Assembly (NCBI GenBank): GCA_965285935.1
Contig: OZ260666.1
Span: 11,036,001 to 11,100,000 of the forward strand
Reading direction: 5' to 3'
Source of the DNA: Ophelia neglecta
Lineage: Eukaryota
DNA length: 64,000 bases
Shown here: positions 1 to 13,132 of the stretch, piece after piece
Layout of the letters: each line of letters opens with the position of its first letter
How positions within the stretch are numbered: position 1 is the stretch's first letter
Notes under the pieces: generated by a model
The model's database searches: none
What the model saw: the letters and a program-made list of their open reading frames with translations, nothing else
Told to the model about the DNA's origin: nothing
Position numbers and translations under genes: made by a program

Positions 1-138
1 GCTTTGAAAATAAACGCTCGTTTATTAGAAGTAAAACATTTCGTTGCAACGATGACTAGCAAGGCAATAATAAATCATGAAAATGGTCATTACAAAACAA
101 AAGATTTGGGTACAAAAATATATCTTTATATCACTCAC

Positions 139-220
139 AGTTCCGCTCGTAGCTGTCCTTGGACACGCAATAGCCAATAGGAAGACCGCGCTCTTATGCT
201 GCTCCGAAACAATAGCTGAC
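139..220 (-). other. Candidate exon (possible leader or 5' exon of a further gene continuing off the left edge)
   Basis: Good acceptor ttttattgcag| and donor |gtgagt. One open frame reads ...KSAVFLLAIACPRTATSGT (hydrophobic core) but there is no ATG. Confidence 0.3.
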
Positions 221-619
221 CTGCAATAAAATATTTAAAATCTATACGTATGTTTGTTGCATTCAGATTTGAGTATCAATTTGGTATGAAAAGATCATTC
301 CAAGTTTATAAGAGCTGTAAAATGTATTCTTCGTTGGAATATTAGACACCTGCTAAATCCTCAGGGAATACAATCGTCCTTTTTTGTCGACTGCAAGGTC
401 ACATATTCCATTGCACTGGTCAAATCCGAGATTATGTTTGAGAGATGAGATTATGTGTTTATTTTCTAGATTGATTTACATATCTTGCGATTCACTTTCT
501 ACACATGCTGTCGTAATTAATTAAATTTCCGTGTTCTGTAGTGCATACACCGGCAGAAATAATGAGTTCGGGCTGTATACGTTCAAAGTTTGAAGTTTCC
601 AATTACCTTCGAGAGTGAT

Positions 620-2108
620 ACCATTGCTAGGCTAACATCCTACATGGATCTACACAACCTGCATGACCCCTTCCAGTCTGCCTACAAGGGCGGACACAGC
701 ACGGAAACAGCCCTTATAAAGGTCCAGAACGATCTGCTTCTGACAATTGACAAGCACGGTGTGTCTGTGTTGGTTCTGCTGGACCTCAGTGCAGCGTTCG
801 ACACTATCGACCATGTCGTCCTTTTGGATAGGATGAGAGCTCTGCTGGGCATTGACGGTACTGCCCTGGCATGGTTCAATTTCTACTTGACCGGTCGCTT
901 CCACCGTGTTAGGATCGGAGATTCTATGTCCAGGGAGAAGTATCTGTCATGCTCTGTACCACAGGGATCCGTCCTCGGGCCCTTACTTTTTCTCGTCTAC
1001 CTGTTGCCACTACGACAACTAGTGGCATCACATGGACTTAACACTCACGGCTACGCCGACGACACCCAGATATATCTCAGGATTTCCGAACCCAGGGATA
1101 GCGTCATTGTTCGGAACGAAATCGTAAGGCTTGAATCGTGTCTCATGGATATTCATTCTTGGATGATAGCCAACAAGTTAAAACTCAATGCTGATAAGAC
1201 TGAGGAACTTCTTATAGGTACTAAGAATGTCCTTAAGAAGCTTGATATTGAGTCCTTGTCAGTGGCGGGCACCAGCATCAGCGATGCCAGTGAGTCGATT
1301 GGTAACCTGGGATCTGTGTTTGACACGAAACTTAACATGTTAGACTTTGTTAAAAAAACTGTTAAATCGGCCAGCTTTCACCTGAGAAACATAGGTCTGG
1401 TGAGGCGCCGACTTACAAGGCAGGCCACGCAACAGTTAGTCCAAAGTCTCGTCGTATCTCGCTTGGACTACTGCAATAGCCTGCTCTCAAATGTGTCACA
1501 AGCTGTGGTAAACAGACTCCGCATGATCCAGCATCGGGCGGCTCGCCTCATTGTTCGTGCACGCAGTGATGCATCCATCTCTAACATTTTGAAGGAGTTA
1601 TACTGGTTGCCTGTTGAATTTAGGATTAAATTCAAGGTCCTTACTCTTGTGTTCAAGGCTCGCAGCAGCGTGGCTCCTGCTTATATCGTGGATTTAGTCG
1701 TGCCATACCGTCCAAGCAGGAACTTAAGATCGGAAAATCTCGATTTGCTCGTAGTGCCAGTGACTAACCTCACGTCAGGTGACAGGGCATTTTCGGTATG
1801 TGCCCCACGTCTGTGGAACGAACTTCCTCTTTACATTAGGAGGGCAGCCTCACTTAGTGCTTTTAAAAAGAACTTGAAGACCTTTTATTGAAGAAAGGCG
1901 TACCCGTAAATTGAATTCTAGTCAGAGACCTTGTTTTTATTTCAGTTACAGTTTTTAAATGTATTTTATATCATCTTATCCGGGACTTGCATTTTAAAGG
2001 GGTTGGACTGTTGTTTCTCTTATTTGTACAGCGCTCGTGAACATGTAGCTCTTATATGAGACAAGCGCTATATCAAATGTCAATAAATAAATAAATAAAA
2101 TAAATAAA
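620..2108 (+). mobile_element. 5'-truncated L2-clade non-LTR retrotransposon (RT plus C-terminal region, 3' UTR, tail)
   Basis: ORF 590..1891 has LLDLSAAFDTIDH, VPQGSVLGP, YADD, SRLDYCNSLL and GDRAFSVCAPRLWNELP. L2-type 3' end (agcgct...aagcgctatatcaaat) is followed by an (AATA)n tail at 2082-2108. Confidence 0.92.
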
Positions 2109-2920
2109 TTGTATGACTATTACTTGTGACATGAATAATAAAATCCAAACCCAACAACCAAATGTCCTTCGCCTTTGCAGTTTCAACTCGTGACAAATGT
2201 TTTTTTAAACCCAGAAGGGTTGATGAAGTCACCGCGTTTTGCATTTAACAACTACAGCTAGAACTTAGATATGAAAACAAAAATAAATAAGGTTTGGATT
2301 GTGTCATGGTTAGGAGTATAGTTTTACTAAGAACCTATCTAAAATATTCCATCCTTAAACTTAAGCCTTATCCCAATGGTTATCCGTAAACCTACAGTTT
2401 AAATACATTGTATATCATACCCGTGTATCTTATCTGCAATTTTCCATCACGTTTTACAGTATGACTACACAGTTGTTCAAATACTACACACATTGAAATG
2501 CAAAGAACTGTCATTTAATGGTCTTACAAAAGTTCCCCAAACTGAATAAAAGTATATTTCTGGTAACGAATAAACATACCGACTCCACTTGAACCAAATT
2601 TAATAATGTGCCGTTATCATTTTGTGCGGCCAAGGCGACAAAACGATGTTTACAATGCTCAAATCATTGGGGAAGTCAGAAATACTACAGGGTCTGCCAT
2701 AAAGGATTGGTTGGTATAATCACCTTGTATTGAAATCACTCATATTTCGGCCATTTATTTGCTCTGGATGCACTATGAACATTAGGAAGAGAATGCCTCT
2801 TACGCTGCGTGCGAATATCGCGCGCTGACTTGCCTTATAAGAATTTTGTCTCAAATTGAATGCCAAATTGGGATGCAAGCTGTCCTAGTAAATTGCATCC
2901 TATCCTTATTTCCGAACTAG

Positions 2921-3138
2921 NNNNNNNNNNNNNNNNNNNNNNNNNNNNNNNNNNNNNNNNNNNNNNNNNNNNNNNNNNNNNNNNNNNNNNNNNNNNNNNN
3001 NNNNNNNNNNNNNNNNNNNNNNNNNNNNNNNNNNNNNNNNNNNNNNNNNNNNNNNNNNNNNNNNNNNNNNNNNNNNNNNNNNNNNNNNNNNNNNNNNNNN
3101 NNNNNNNNNNNNNNNNNNNNNNNNNNNNNNNNNNNNNN
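2921..3138. other. Assembly gap (N run)
   Basis: Run of N. Confidence 1.
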
Positions 3139-3983
3139 TTAGTTATCAATGTTTGAGATTTATTCAGATGACAAGAGATAACAATGAACATGGCTTGAAT
3201 CAATGTTATGAGGACAGGGGTCAAGCGGTGCACTAGCACAATAATGAAATCAACATATAGTCGGCAGATGTAAAGCAAGAGGTGAATTCAGAGCCAGCTT
3301 GGGGCCATTTCGCTATAAGATAGGGTCAGACGGTGCAGAAGGCTTCTCCTCAGCTTGTGAAGTGTCGGGGGTCAGTTTGGATTAATGTTGATCAGATATT
3401 AGTCAGACGACCGATACGAAATGTATAACCCAAGCTCTTCCTGATTATAGCAGAGATGGGGAAACCTATCTTGCAACAGGTCTATGAATCACGCCTGTAT
3501 TTTGTTATAAAGGGTGTCGCAATGACAACGGTATGTAAGCCAGTGCGGGAGCAGGATAAAAAAACTAAGAGATAAAGAATATAAGACGAATGATATAGAA
3601 CTACGACAAAACGTTAAATTGAGAACTATTGGATATTATAAGATTCATTTACTAGCTTAAGCATTGAGATACTGACAACGACTTACGAACGAAAATATGG
3701 ACATTGTTATTAATACCAAGAGTGATTTCAGTACAACACGGACACATTTTATATAATCAAGAAAGGCTGACAATAGGAACATAGTGAGTACGAACAAGTA
3801 AGCTATTAGAACTAAGTGGAGAACGAACGCACAAACACAGCTGATTTCAAGTCATAAGCTTTAGACAGATAGGTCTGAAGTGTATAACGGACTGTGAATA
3901 ATAAAGTGTGAATAGACAACTTGGGTTCGATTCTTCCGATATACTCGATAGCAGGTTAAAGATAGTAGGACTACTATCTTACA
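3139..3983 (+). mobile_element. Probable solo LTR (5' part in gap)
   Basis: Composition differs from flanks, AATAAA near 3900, ends in ...TTACA. The 5' TG and TSD are not visible because of the gap. Confidence 0.35.
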
Positions 3984-5656
3984 TCCCAGTATCAACGATT
4001 TGATAAAAGACATAAATGTCACTGTCATTCGGTAGAGGGCAACAGCTAAGTTGGGCCTACCAGTGATAGTATAAAATTAATTGCAGGAAGGACTGAATGC
4101 TAAAAGTGCTTTGACTTTCTTCTCGTGTGCGATGGGAATAATTCTGCAAATATATTTACATCAGGCCACACTTTAATTTCATAAACAGTGTTCGTGCAAA
4201 ATTTCCAAATCATATGTAAATTTTTGTTGCATTTAACCTGATGCCGATTTGCAATGATTCAAGGGGCAAATCTGTTAAAGAATGCCATACCGGACTTCTT
4301 AAATTAGGAAATGAAGTTGGTTTTAACAATAAAAGATGTGAATTATGTAATACATTGAAAAAAAATCCTGTCTTAATATACGTTAGACCCAGGCATTGAG
4401 GTTTTGACCTTTTCACAAGGTCCCTCAGAAAAAATGAAAAAAAAAAACACGTGTTGAAAATGGTTAAATGTTCGACGGGATTTGATCCCTGGGCCTTTGG
4501 TTTTACGTTCGTGGGGTTAAAGTTATGCCAATATGTCATAACTAAAATGCATTTATTTTTTCTTCATTCATTTCATCATTTTGGATCATATTAGTGTTAC
4601 GCGCGGAGTTGTGATTTCTATTGAGCAAAGAATATAAATAATCTTTAACTCTCTTACTTTTACAACAATTTCCGCTGCCCAACTGAGGTACTTTTAACAG
4701 GCTTTCTGCTGCCCAACTGAGGCGTCATTTAAAGCAGATTGCACTATACTAAAGCTTCGGCATATTTGCTGTATCCTTTTTGTTTAGTAATCCTGGATTA
4801 ACCACATTACAATATCATACTAAATGGAATTGTTCAGGTATGCCCCTTCTTAGGCCCGCCCGCCTCTTCTCTGATATAATTCCAGTGTAACTTTTAAACA
4901 TATGCTATGGTGTTAGTCAGTGTTCACCACACTCTCAAACTGACGATGGTATTACGATAGAACGATATAGTATTCAATCTTTGAATGTCATTTTGTGCCC
5001 GCATGCGTAGGCCCAATAGTAAAACCAAATGGCGTTATAGCAGACACTAATATCTCGGAATCAGGTCATCAACACATTATATTACTGGTAGTTTCGCCGA
5101 ATGGCCGGTGCCATACTTAAGAACCTATTAGCCTTTCTCTTCTTTCATTAACAAAATATCTAATTTTCTGCTAAATTAAGTTCAGTTCCAACATGTAAAT
5201 TCAGATTTTGGCAAGCCTGTAATAGATACTAACAAGTAAAATTTAAAAAAAGGCCGGTTTGGAAGTAATATATGAAGAGGAAATATAGCATTCGTGTTAC
5301 CTTGTTTCTTTTGTCGATTGTAAAGTCACAAATTCCCCTGCATTGGAGATATCCAAGATTATGTGGTGTAATATTTCTAAATTCATATACCTCACAATTC
5401 ATTCCATATACGTGTACACATAATCATAACCTTTTACCTGTTTGATTCAGAAGTGACGAACACTGATAGAAGTACTGTGTTCAAGTTGTATGCGTTCAAA
5501 GTCCGAAGTCGCCCACTTTTCGAAGAGAGTGATATCAATATATCACTGGGATGACATGAATAATACATTACAAAGCCATCAAGCAACAGCCATTGACCTT
5601 TGTAGTGTAATGTTGTGCCCTGTATTTGTTGGCGATATCACTTCATTTCTAACTTA

Positions 5657-6076
5657 GGGACGGACCATTAGATATCTAGGGGGGGGGGGCGGAAAAAAAT
5701 GAAAATATATTTTCTGGCTTTGATTTTCTCAAAAATAAATAATCTGCCAGAAAAATATATATACAAAAATAATCTGCCTATTAATTTTAAGTAAAAAAAA
5801 ATATTCTGCCAAGTCCTTGAAATAACGTCCCGCGAAAATTGTGTTAATGAGCAGTTGCCTGTTTAATGAAGTATTAATCAATGGCAAAAGATATATAGAG
5901 ACAGACATTTTTTGACTTGAATATTATATAGAGAAAATAAATAATCTGGCAGATTCTGTGGTGAAAAAAAAGTTTCTGTCAACTTTATTCATGAAAAAAA
6001 AATTCCTGACTAGAGCCAAGTTCTCTGGCCCACTCCCCCCCCCCCCCCTCCCCCTAGATATCTAATGGTCCGTCTC
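5657..6076. mobile_element. PIF/Harbinger-like MITE
   Basis: Terminal inverted repeats GGGACGGACCATTAGATATCTAGGGG / CCCCTAGATATCTAATGGTCCGTCTC, flanked by TTA on both sides; AT-rich non-coding interior. Confidence 0.8.
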
Positions 6077-6080
6077 TTAG

Positions 6081-6742
6081 TTCAAAATAGTTTATTGTTC
6101 CGTATTAATGGATATATCTTTGAGGAAGAGCATTCTTATACATGTACTTGAACATAGCACGTACAGGTACGAGACTACAACAAATTCAAATCCATTGATC
6201 GAGGCTTGAATCCTTATGTCCTTAGTTGTATTAGGAAGATGGTGTTACTACAGTTCCGAGCTTTTGGTGTCAACAAAACAGCGATCTGCAGACAATGCAT
6301 CTGCTCTGGGCGGTTAATCTTACTTGTTATCTGTTAGGATAGAAGAAGCAGGGGGATGGCCTTTTTTATTCTGACTACGGAATAGATGTGTGTACAACCA
6401 GACCAAGACTAACTATATGATCTTTGGTAATAATGAAGACACCAATAATAAATATAAAAACCAACAAAAATCCGTCATTTCCCTCTGCAGTTTCATGTCG
6501 TGCCCTTTGTTTGTTGACTACAGAAGGCGGTCGAGATCACTTTAATTCAAATTTAATTCAAATAATTTATTGTTCCTTGTTTATGGGATATATTTTCGAG
6601 ACCAAAAACATATTAATACATGAACATTGCACAACACAGTTACAAGAATACGGCAAACGCAAATTAATTCAGTTCATGAATTCTAATGACCTTGGTACTT
6701 TCAGGTGCATAACTACTTTCCGAGTTCTAGGGTCAATAAAAA
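6081..6742. repeat. Diverged direct repeat (about 6081-6280 vs 6557-6742), possibly two LINE 3'-end remnants
   Basis: Shared blocks tttattgttcc..ggatatat..aca...ttccgag..gtcaa. Confidence 0.4.
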
Positions 6743-7199
6743 TTGACCATTAACGACTATTTCCTATAGCCGGATATGTATATACGAACAGATAATATTC
6801 TCGTGGCCTTATGAACGGAACAGTACTAGGCACTTAGATGAATTGAATGCATAAGAGGAAGAACAAACCAGGGTTCAAAACCCCGCACAGATCTTGCCGA
6901 GGGCGGGCAAAACAGTCGTATATTTAATATACTAGACGTGCATACTTGTATTTGCGTTAATTCGTGAAGCTTATCCCGCACTTCTTTTATTCCCTAACTC
7001 CAAAAACATTACTTATATACTTGCTTGTATGTTAGGTTGATTATCAAGTCGTATGTAGGGATCTCAATTTTATTTGGAATGTACTTCATGAAGGAGCAGT
7101 GATTGTACTCTCAGCAATTACATTCAACCGGTTAAATCACACTAGCAATTAAGCATTTTTCTTGAGTTCGAGGCAAACAAGGGGTTTAAAGAGTTTGCG

Positions 7200-7950
7200 G
7201 GAGTGTCCCCTGAGATCAGCATGTTTTCGGTGGTCTTAACGAATACAGAAGGGCATACTTATACCTACCGCCCAAGATCTTGTAAAATCACATTTATTCA
7301 GTCATAGCGCGACCGATATTAAGTGGCTCAAACTCGATTCTCTTTCATGCGCTTACAGGTGTATTCTTCTCTGCCTAACTGGATAATGCCCTTTGTAGCC
7401 ATGGTGATCAGGCGGGTGAACTATATTTTGGTAAAGGTTTACTAGACGAGTGTTTAGATGAGTGAAAAATAACAGTGAGCCAACTATGAAGCCCGGAGAC
7501 ACGCCGCTGATTACACTCTACAAAGCCGATCAACTGTATCGTAGAATCACAAGTTGTCTTCTATTTTGCAGAAAGATTTCTGAAGGACTCGCCCATTCGC
7601 ACTTTTTAAAATCTAGGTAAATGGCGTCAATTGATGTTCCACTTTAGTTATGGTGAGAGCCGACCCCAGCTGCTAAGCAGTCGGCAAGCTTTTGGTAAGG
7701 CGGGAAACCATGCTGATGACAGCAAATAATACAGTTCTCTTTGATGCATGTCAGCACTAGCCGTGACACCGGTAAACGTCAGAGCACACCATAGTCAACA
7801 TCCGACTGGTGTTAGCCAATGTGGTTCCAAGCACGTTGACTTCGAACTTAAAGAAAGTATCGTACTTCCTTCGAAATCTGGCCTGGTAAAATCAAGAGCA
7901 CGCGGTTCCTTTGACGTTCAAATATTTCTGGAAAGGGAACATTGATTAAA
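7200..7950 (-). pseudogene. Degraded CR1/L2-type reverse transcriptase fragment
   Basis: Minus-strand remnants SIDAIYLDFKK (about 7600-7635) and QHGF (about 7705-7716), broken by stops and frameshifts. Confidence 0.5.
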
Positions 7951-8016
7951 AGACAAGCCATATTATATCTTAACAGTCCAAGGAAAGATGTGAATGAAAT
8001 TGGGATGTGTGTGCAC

Positions 8017-8199
8017 GCACGGGCAAAATAGCCTTCAACCTCAAAGTAACTCTTGCGTCACAGAGGTAATAATGACGTCACTAGTTTTTTGTCGTCATTT
8101 GGCCTTCTTGTTTGGGTAAGAGAAATTGAGTGATTGTGACGTCATTCTTGCCTCTGTCCCACAAGAGTTACTTTAAGGTTTGTGACTATTTTGCCGTGC
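8017..8199. mobile_element. Fold-back element / small MITE
   Basis: About 65-bp imperfect inverted repeats: gcacgggcaaaatag...aatgacgtcac at 8017-8081 and its reverse complement at 8136-8199. Confidence 0.65.
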
Positions 8200-8249
8200 A
8201 TGGCGTGGGGGGGGGGGGGGGGGGTTGGTTGGTTGGGGGTTGTGTCATA

Positions 8250-9150
8250 GGCATTGGCTCAGAAACCCAGAATATGTCGAGGGTAAGGGGTTGAGAAAGC
8301 AATGAGGAAGTCGTGGAGTTGGATTATTTAGCAATGTCTTTTATTGACGTCAGGTACATTTCATAACCTCCAAACCCTGATTAACTTTGATGACTAACGA
8401 TAAAGTGGATTCCAGACCCTTAAAAATGTTTGGCTTGCACACTATTCACTGTGCTAATAAATGTTACTTTTGTTCATTCAACATATGTTTGATTAGATTT
8501 GTGATCATTTTGGATTTCATTTGTATGATATGTATCGGACGTATATTTTTAGAGCTTTACATTAGGTTCAGAAATGTTCAAAACTTCGAAATAATCCAAG
8601 ATTTGAATCCTTTGCCCCCAAAACCCCAAAAACTATATATAACACAACCCTGTAGCTGAAACTATTAATACTCATCATTTTGGCAGCCTTTTTGGATTTC
8701 AGCCCTTTAAATTTTTAGTAAAGGATCAGAACTACCTCAAAACATTTAACTAACCTGTGAATTTACTTCCTTGATCCCTAAAACAGTGAAAACCATATAT
8801 TATCTCACCATGAAAATGAAGTATTAAAATTATAACTTTTGGCGCCCATTTTGGATTGTTGCCTCCTTGAAGGTCAAAAGGTATTCAAAATAATAAAATG
8901 ATGCCAGACTCCTTGACCTCCAAAACCTTGAAAATCACATATAATGCCACAATCTGTGTGAAAAATTAAAAAAAAACAATATTTCGGCAGCCATTTTGGA
9001 TTTTGGCCTCTCAAAAATTCCGCCCAATTTTTTTCAAAAGGCACCGGGACTAAATTCATTATTTAGACCTCAAAGAAAATGAATCCATGAAAAAACGAAC
9101 CTTCGCTCTCAACGGTCACGGAATTGCCCTGGATGACCCAACTAACTAGT
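8250..9150. repeat. Non-autonomous repeat with internal subrepeats (DNA transposon or Helitron-like)
   Basis: Recurrent gccattttggat and cctccaaaacc/ccccaaaacc subrepeats; ends near ...aactagt. Class not determined. Confidence 0.35.
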
Positions 9151-10898
9151 TTGACTATCCATGGGTATACGAAACTTTTTTGGGGTTTACGCCATAGTCC
9201 TGAGTATGACACTAACACAACATACAAATCACCGCCGTATTGACACTTTGTTTAATTGGTACAAATCCCATCGTGTTTCCAACTAATAATTCACGTTTTA
9301 CTTTTATATCTTGATTAACTATTTTTTCGTTTACATTTGGTACTCAACAACATTACGACATTCCTGTAGTTTTAGCGCAACTTATCACAGGACATTTGTT
9401 AAACTATTAGATATTGATTACTAAAAGGAATTGCATACTGATGTTTTTATTACTTACCTGAATTGCAATTTTACATAATAAGCGTTTGTAAAAGAATCTT
9501 GCATCATCAGATCAGTGTTTAAATCATTTAGAACAATTTACAACTAGTACATTTTTCAAATATGGTTCGAAATTATAAAACAAAAAATGCAATACACAAG
9601 TACAGTATAGACGTTTCCAATAAATTCCTGTGACAATTTCGATAAAAAGCAAATTGCCAGTCCTATGAAGACCAAGGTAGTACCATTTTTTCACTGGCAA
9701 AAATCACATAAAAGATTAAAAGCAATGTATAGGTACTATCAAAGACACACATATATAGATACACATTCGAGCAACTTCGCGACAGTTAAACACTTTAGTT
9801 ATACAATCCTAATATAACATGGACAGATGCTATATATAAATTCGCATTGATCAATTAAATGCACGATTCTACGGATTACTGTCTATTTATCTTGTACCAA
9901 TATTCAACTTCTGCTCGTTTTAATTCAAAAAATAAAAATCAAAGAAGTCACAGGGTAAAACTAAATGTCATTTCAACGATTGATTCTCTACGGTGTATTT
10001 GTTTATATCATTTTAACACATATATAGTCACGTTTAAACTGTTCTTTGTTTCGTGTAGGTTCAACATCAAAGTGCGTTTCAAACTTTATATGAAGTTAGT
10101 TTTAAGGTAATTTACTATGCACATTAATTCGTTCTAGAAAGTAACGAATATAATGAGCTGTAATGTAGCTCAAGCTCAGAATAGATACGTACTTAACCAT
10201 ACAATTTATATTCACGGTTACATATAGTTCAGTGCATACCACCAACGAATATACTGTATAAGTTATTGGCAGCATCTCTGGTAAAATAATAATGCTGGCT
10301 GATTAAGACGGTTTGCTATATATCATTTTACATATTTGAGGTTTGGCATCATGGTATCAATATTGTTAGCCAGTAAAAACAAAAAGTGAACCAAATGTCA
10401 CAAAGCTTGGTTAAAATGCGTTGCTTTAGCTTAATCATTGGTCATTGAATCGATATACAATCCATTATCGTTATGATGCCTTGTGCTGGTAGTCGGTACT
10501 ATTACACATGGCGCTTCCGAAAATATAATTTATATCATAACAGCAAATGACATTTACAGGACTTATATTAAAGCTGACGGTTTTGAACACTTTAATTATA
10601 TATTTGTAATCTCTACCAACTAAGAACAGGCATCTTTTTTTCAAATCGGCGCTTATTGTAATAACTTTTTCCAACATGATCGTGATGAGCTCCAAAACAG
10701 CACAGTTTTCCTATCCTTGATAAACCTTGTATTATTATGTCAATGACATTTATGTTCCAAGACAGTTGAATCATTATTAACAGAGAAAATAAGTAGGCTT
10801 CAGTGTAGGATATACAATTTGACAATATTTGCTAGTAGTTTAGACAAAGCATTAAAAGCTATAAAAGTATATTTAGTATTCCAAAGGTGGTTGTTGAT

Positions 10899-10970
10899 TT
10901 GGCTCGAACCTGCGGTACCATCCACCTAGACCAGCGATATCGGCGACTTTATCCATTGTGCTACATCCCC
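10899..10970 (-). mobile_element. tRNA-derived SINE head (Pol III A and B boxes)
   Basis: Reverse complement reads ggggatgTAGCACAATGG...GGTTCGAGCC; no complete cloverleaf. Confidence 0.5.
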
Positions 10971-12434
10971 AACCCCAAGTATATGTAGTAGATAGGCAGC
11001 ATTAGCTTCCATTAGACATATGATGAATATGACAATGCCGGTGGCGTGAAACATATAATCCATGTGTAATTGAGCACGTTCTGACAAATGCTACTGCTAC
11101 GTTTGAATACGGATGGCGTTTTCGACGCTATAAGCAATAAGCAATGAGACGAGTGATAACCTGTGTTTTAATTAATTATTGGATACTTACTGTAATCATA
11201 TTCAATCAATTTTCAATAATAAGTGTAACATCAATATGTATCTTTAGTCTACCTTAACTATCAACTAGTAAGCACCACTAGGGGAATACTATCCTTGTGC
11301 ATGTTGCATGAAGCAGTTTGGTCTATATGTGCAATTCCTACCTACGTCTTCTTAACAAACGACCTTTTCATGCGTTTTTGTTAATGTTGAAGTGAATATA
11401 TTCCATGACCTTTTTGGCCGCTTATATAATTGGCAGCTCCCATCATTTATTCTTGTCTTCTTCACGATCACGCGCACGTTCAGAGGTGGCTTTACAAGGC
11501 TAGAAACATAAGACAAATATCCATAAATTATACACATTTTCATTACCCTTCACGAGCTGGTAGGGGAACATATAATCATATATATTGAGGGCATGAGGCG
11601 AAAAAGAGCCACTTAGAAAAGCCTACAAATAATTTCAATCCCTGATGATTTCAAAATTCTTTTTTTCCGCTTAATGCAGGTTAAAACGAAATATAAAATG
11701 GTCGATAATACATTCATGAACGTAGAAGTATTATAAATAAAGAAAACATACAAAATGCGCTGTAGCCTAAAAGTATTTATTTCGAAAAGGAACCAATAAC
11801 CACGCGGTGATTCGACTCTCAATTGAGGCGCTAGAGCCACAGGCCCAATGACGCTAAAAAACGCCTCATTGATTGAACGATGATATACGTCAACCAGAAA
11901 CCCCGCCCATCCACCGCTCCCCCACGGAAAGTTATTAACGTTCGATGGTTTTAAGCGACGGGGCCGTTTCTGACCAAATCTGAAGACTCCATGCTGCTGG
12001 ATTTCATGCCCTAAGTCAAGAGTTTGGTATATTACTCGAGAACAATTACTCTGATTGATAAAATTAAACGAAATATTTCTCGGCAACAAACATTTCGTTA
12101 TTACTTGTTAAATAAAATGAACAAGTAGTGAAATACCCTACGACTCTTCACTAATTTGGTATTCAATTTTCGGTGAGACTAATGACATCAAATTGTGTAG
12201 TCTTGATTTTATAGAGAAAGTAATATAAAAAACTCACAGTTTCGCCATATAGGATCATGAAAAATAACAACCCAAAAACGAGAACTAGTTTGCTTACAAA
12301 TTCATGTATTTATGTATTGTTTAACGGAAATGAAGTCCTAGTTCGTACAAAATTATATCCGGTACGGTGTTAACAAAATATCTTATAAGATAAATGTACA
12401 ACGTAAAATCATCACTCACATGCCTTAATCTTAC

Positions 12435-12807
12435 CTTGCTTTATGTCTTTGTTCACAGTAGCATATATAGGCTGTGATCGCCAGGACAAGGCAAAATTTG
12501 ACTATCCTGGAAAATAANNNNNNNNNNNNNNNNNNNNNNNNNNNNNNNNNNNNNNNNNNNNNNNNNNNNNNNNNNNNNNNNNNNNNNNNNNNNNNNNNNN
12601 NNNNNNNNNNNNNNNNNNNNNNNNNNNNNNNNNNNNNNNNNNNNNNNNNCGCAGGCTAGCTGGAAAGTTCGATATATATTCAGCAAAGCAAGTATGAACT
12701 CGCCTGATTTAGGCTATTCCTTTGTTCTTCTTCTGTTCCCCTGGTGACAATAGCAGAAGTCGGTATTGGACGGCATGGCCCGCTGTCCATTTCGGTACTT
12801 GGCGAAG
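12435..12807 (-). pseudogene. Two degenerate cytoplasmic-tail exon copies related to gene A (12704-12807; 12435-12506)
   Basis: 12704-12807 has the same ctttgtag| acceptor and aligns with exon 20397-20489 (Tyr replaced by Ser, GC donor). 12435-12506 encodes SQPIYATVNKDIKQ with a gtaaga donor but has a TAG in its second codon if read in phase 1. Confidence 0.5.
12518..12649. other. Assembly gap (N run)
   Basis: Run of N. Confidence 1.
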
Positions 12808-13078
12808 CTACAAAGGAACAATCGATTATCGATATCTGGTGCCGTTTGCATTTACGAAGGTAAAGAAAGGGGGTGGATACCTGGCAGACAAAGCCAAATC
12901 AGTGATCTATATTAGATAATTAGATCTTAAAGTGAGCATTCTGTATTCAATAATGAAATGAACTACAGGCAAAATGCATGACATTGTACAAATACAAGTA
13001 AGTTGAAATGTGTTTTGCATGAAAAAAGTAAATCCATCTAACATGAAATTTAAAGTATATACAAAAGTGTCTGTATGT

Positions 13079-13132
13079 CTGTGTTTGTGTGTGTGTGCGT
13101 GCGTTTGTGTGTAGGTGTGTGTGTGTGTGTGT
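13079..13132 (+). repeat. Imperfect (GT)n microsatellite
   Basis: gtgtttgtgtgtgtgtgcgtgcgtttgtgtgtaggtgtgtgtgtgtgtgt. Confidence 0.9.

Noticed and set aside
2835-3278. ORFs spanning N runs (also near 12.5 kb and 28.2 kb)
   Set aside because: Open only because of assembly gaps.
9500-10860. Possible highly degraded minus-strand RT remnant (also an L1-like Zn-finger remnant near 30300-30420)
   Set aside because: Only scattered partial motifs; too decayed to support a call by eye.
10899-10970. tRNA gene
   Set aside because: A and B boxes are present but acceptor and anticodon stems do not pair; better read as a SINE head.
11613-12089. 158-aa minus-strand ORF
   Set aside because: No recognisable motif, non-ATG start, no convincing splice context.
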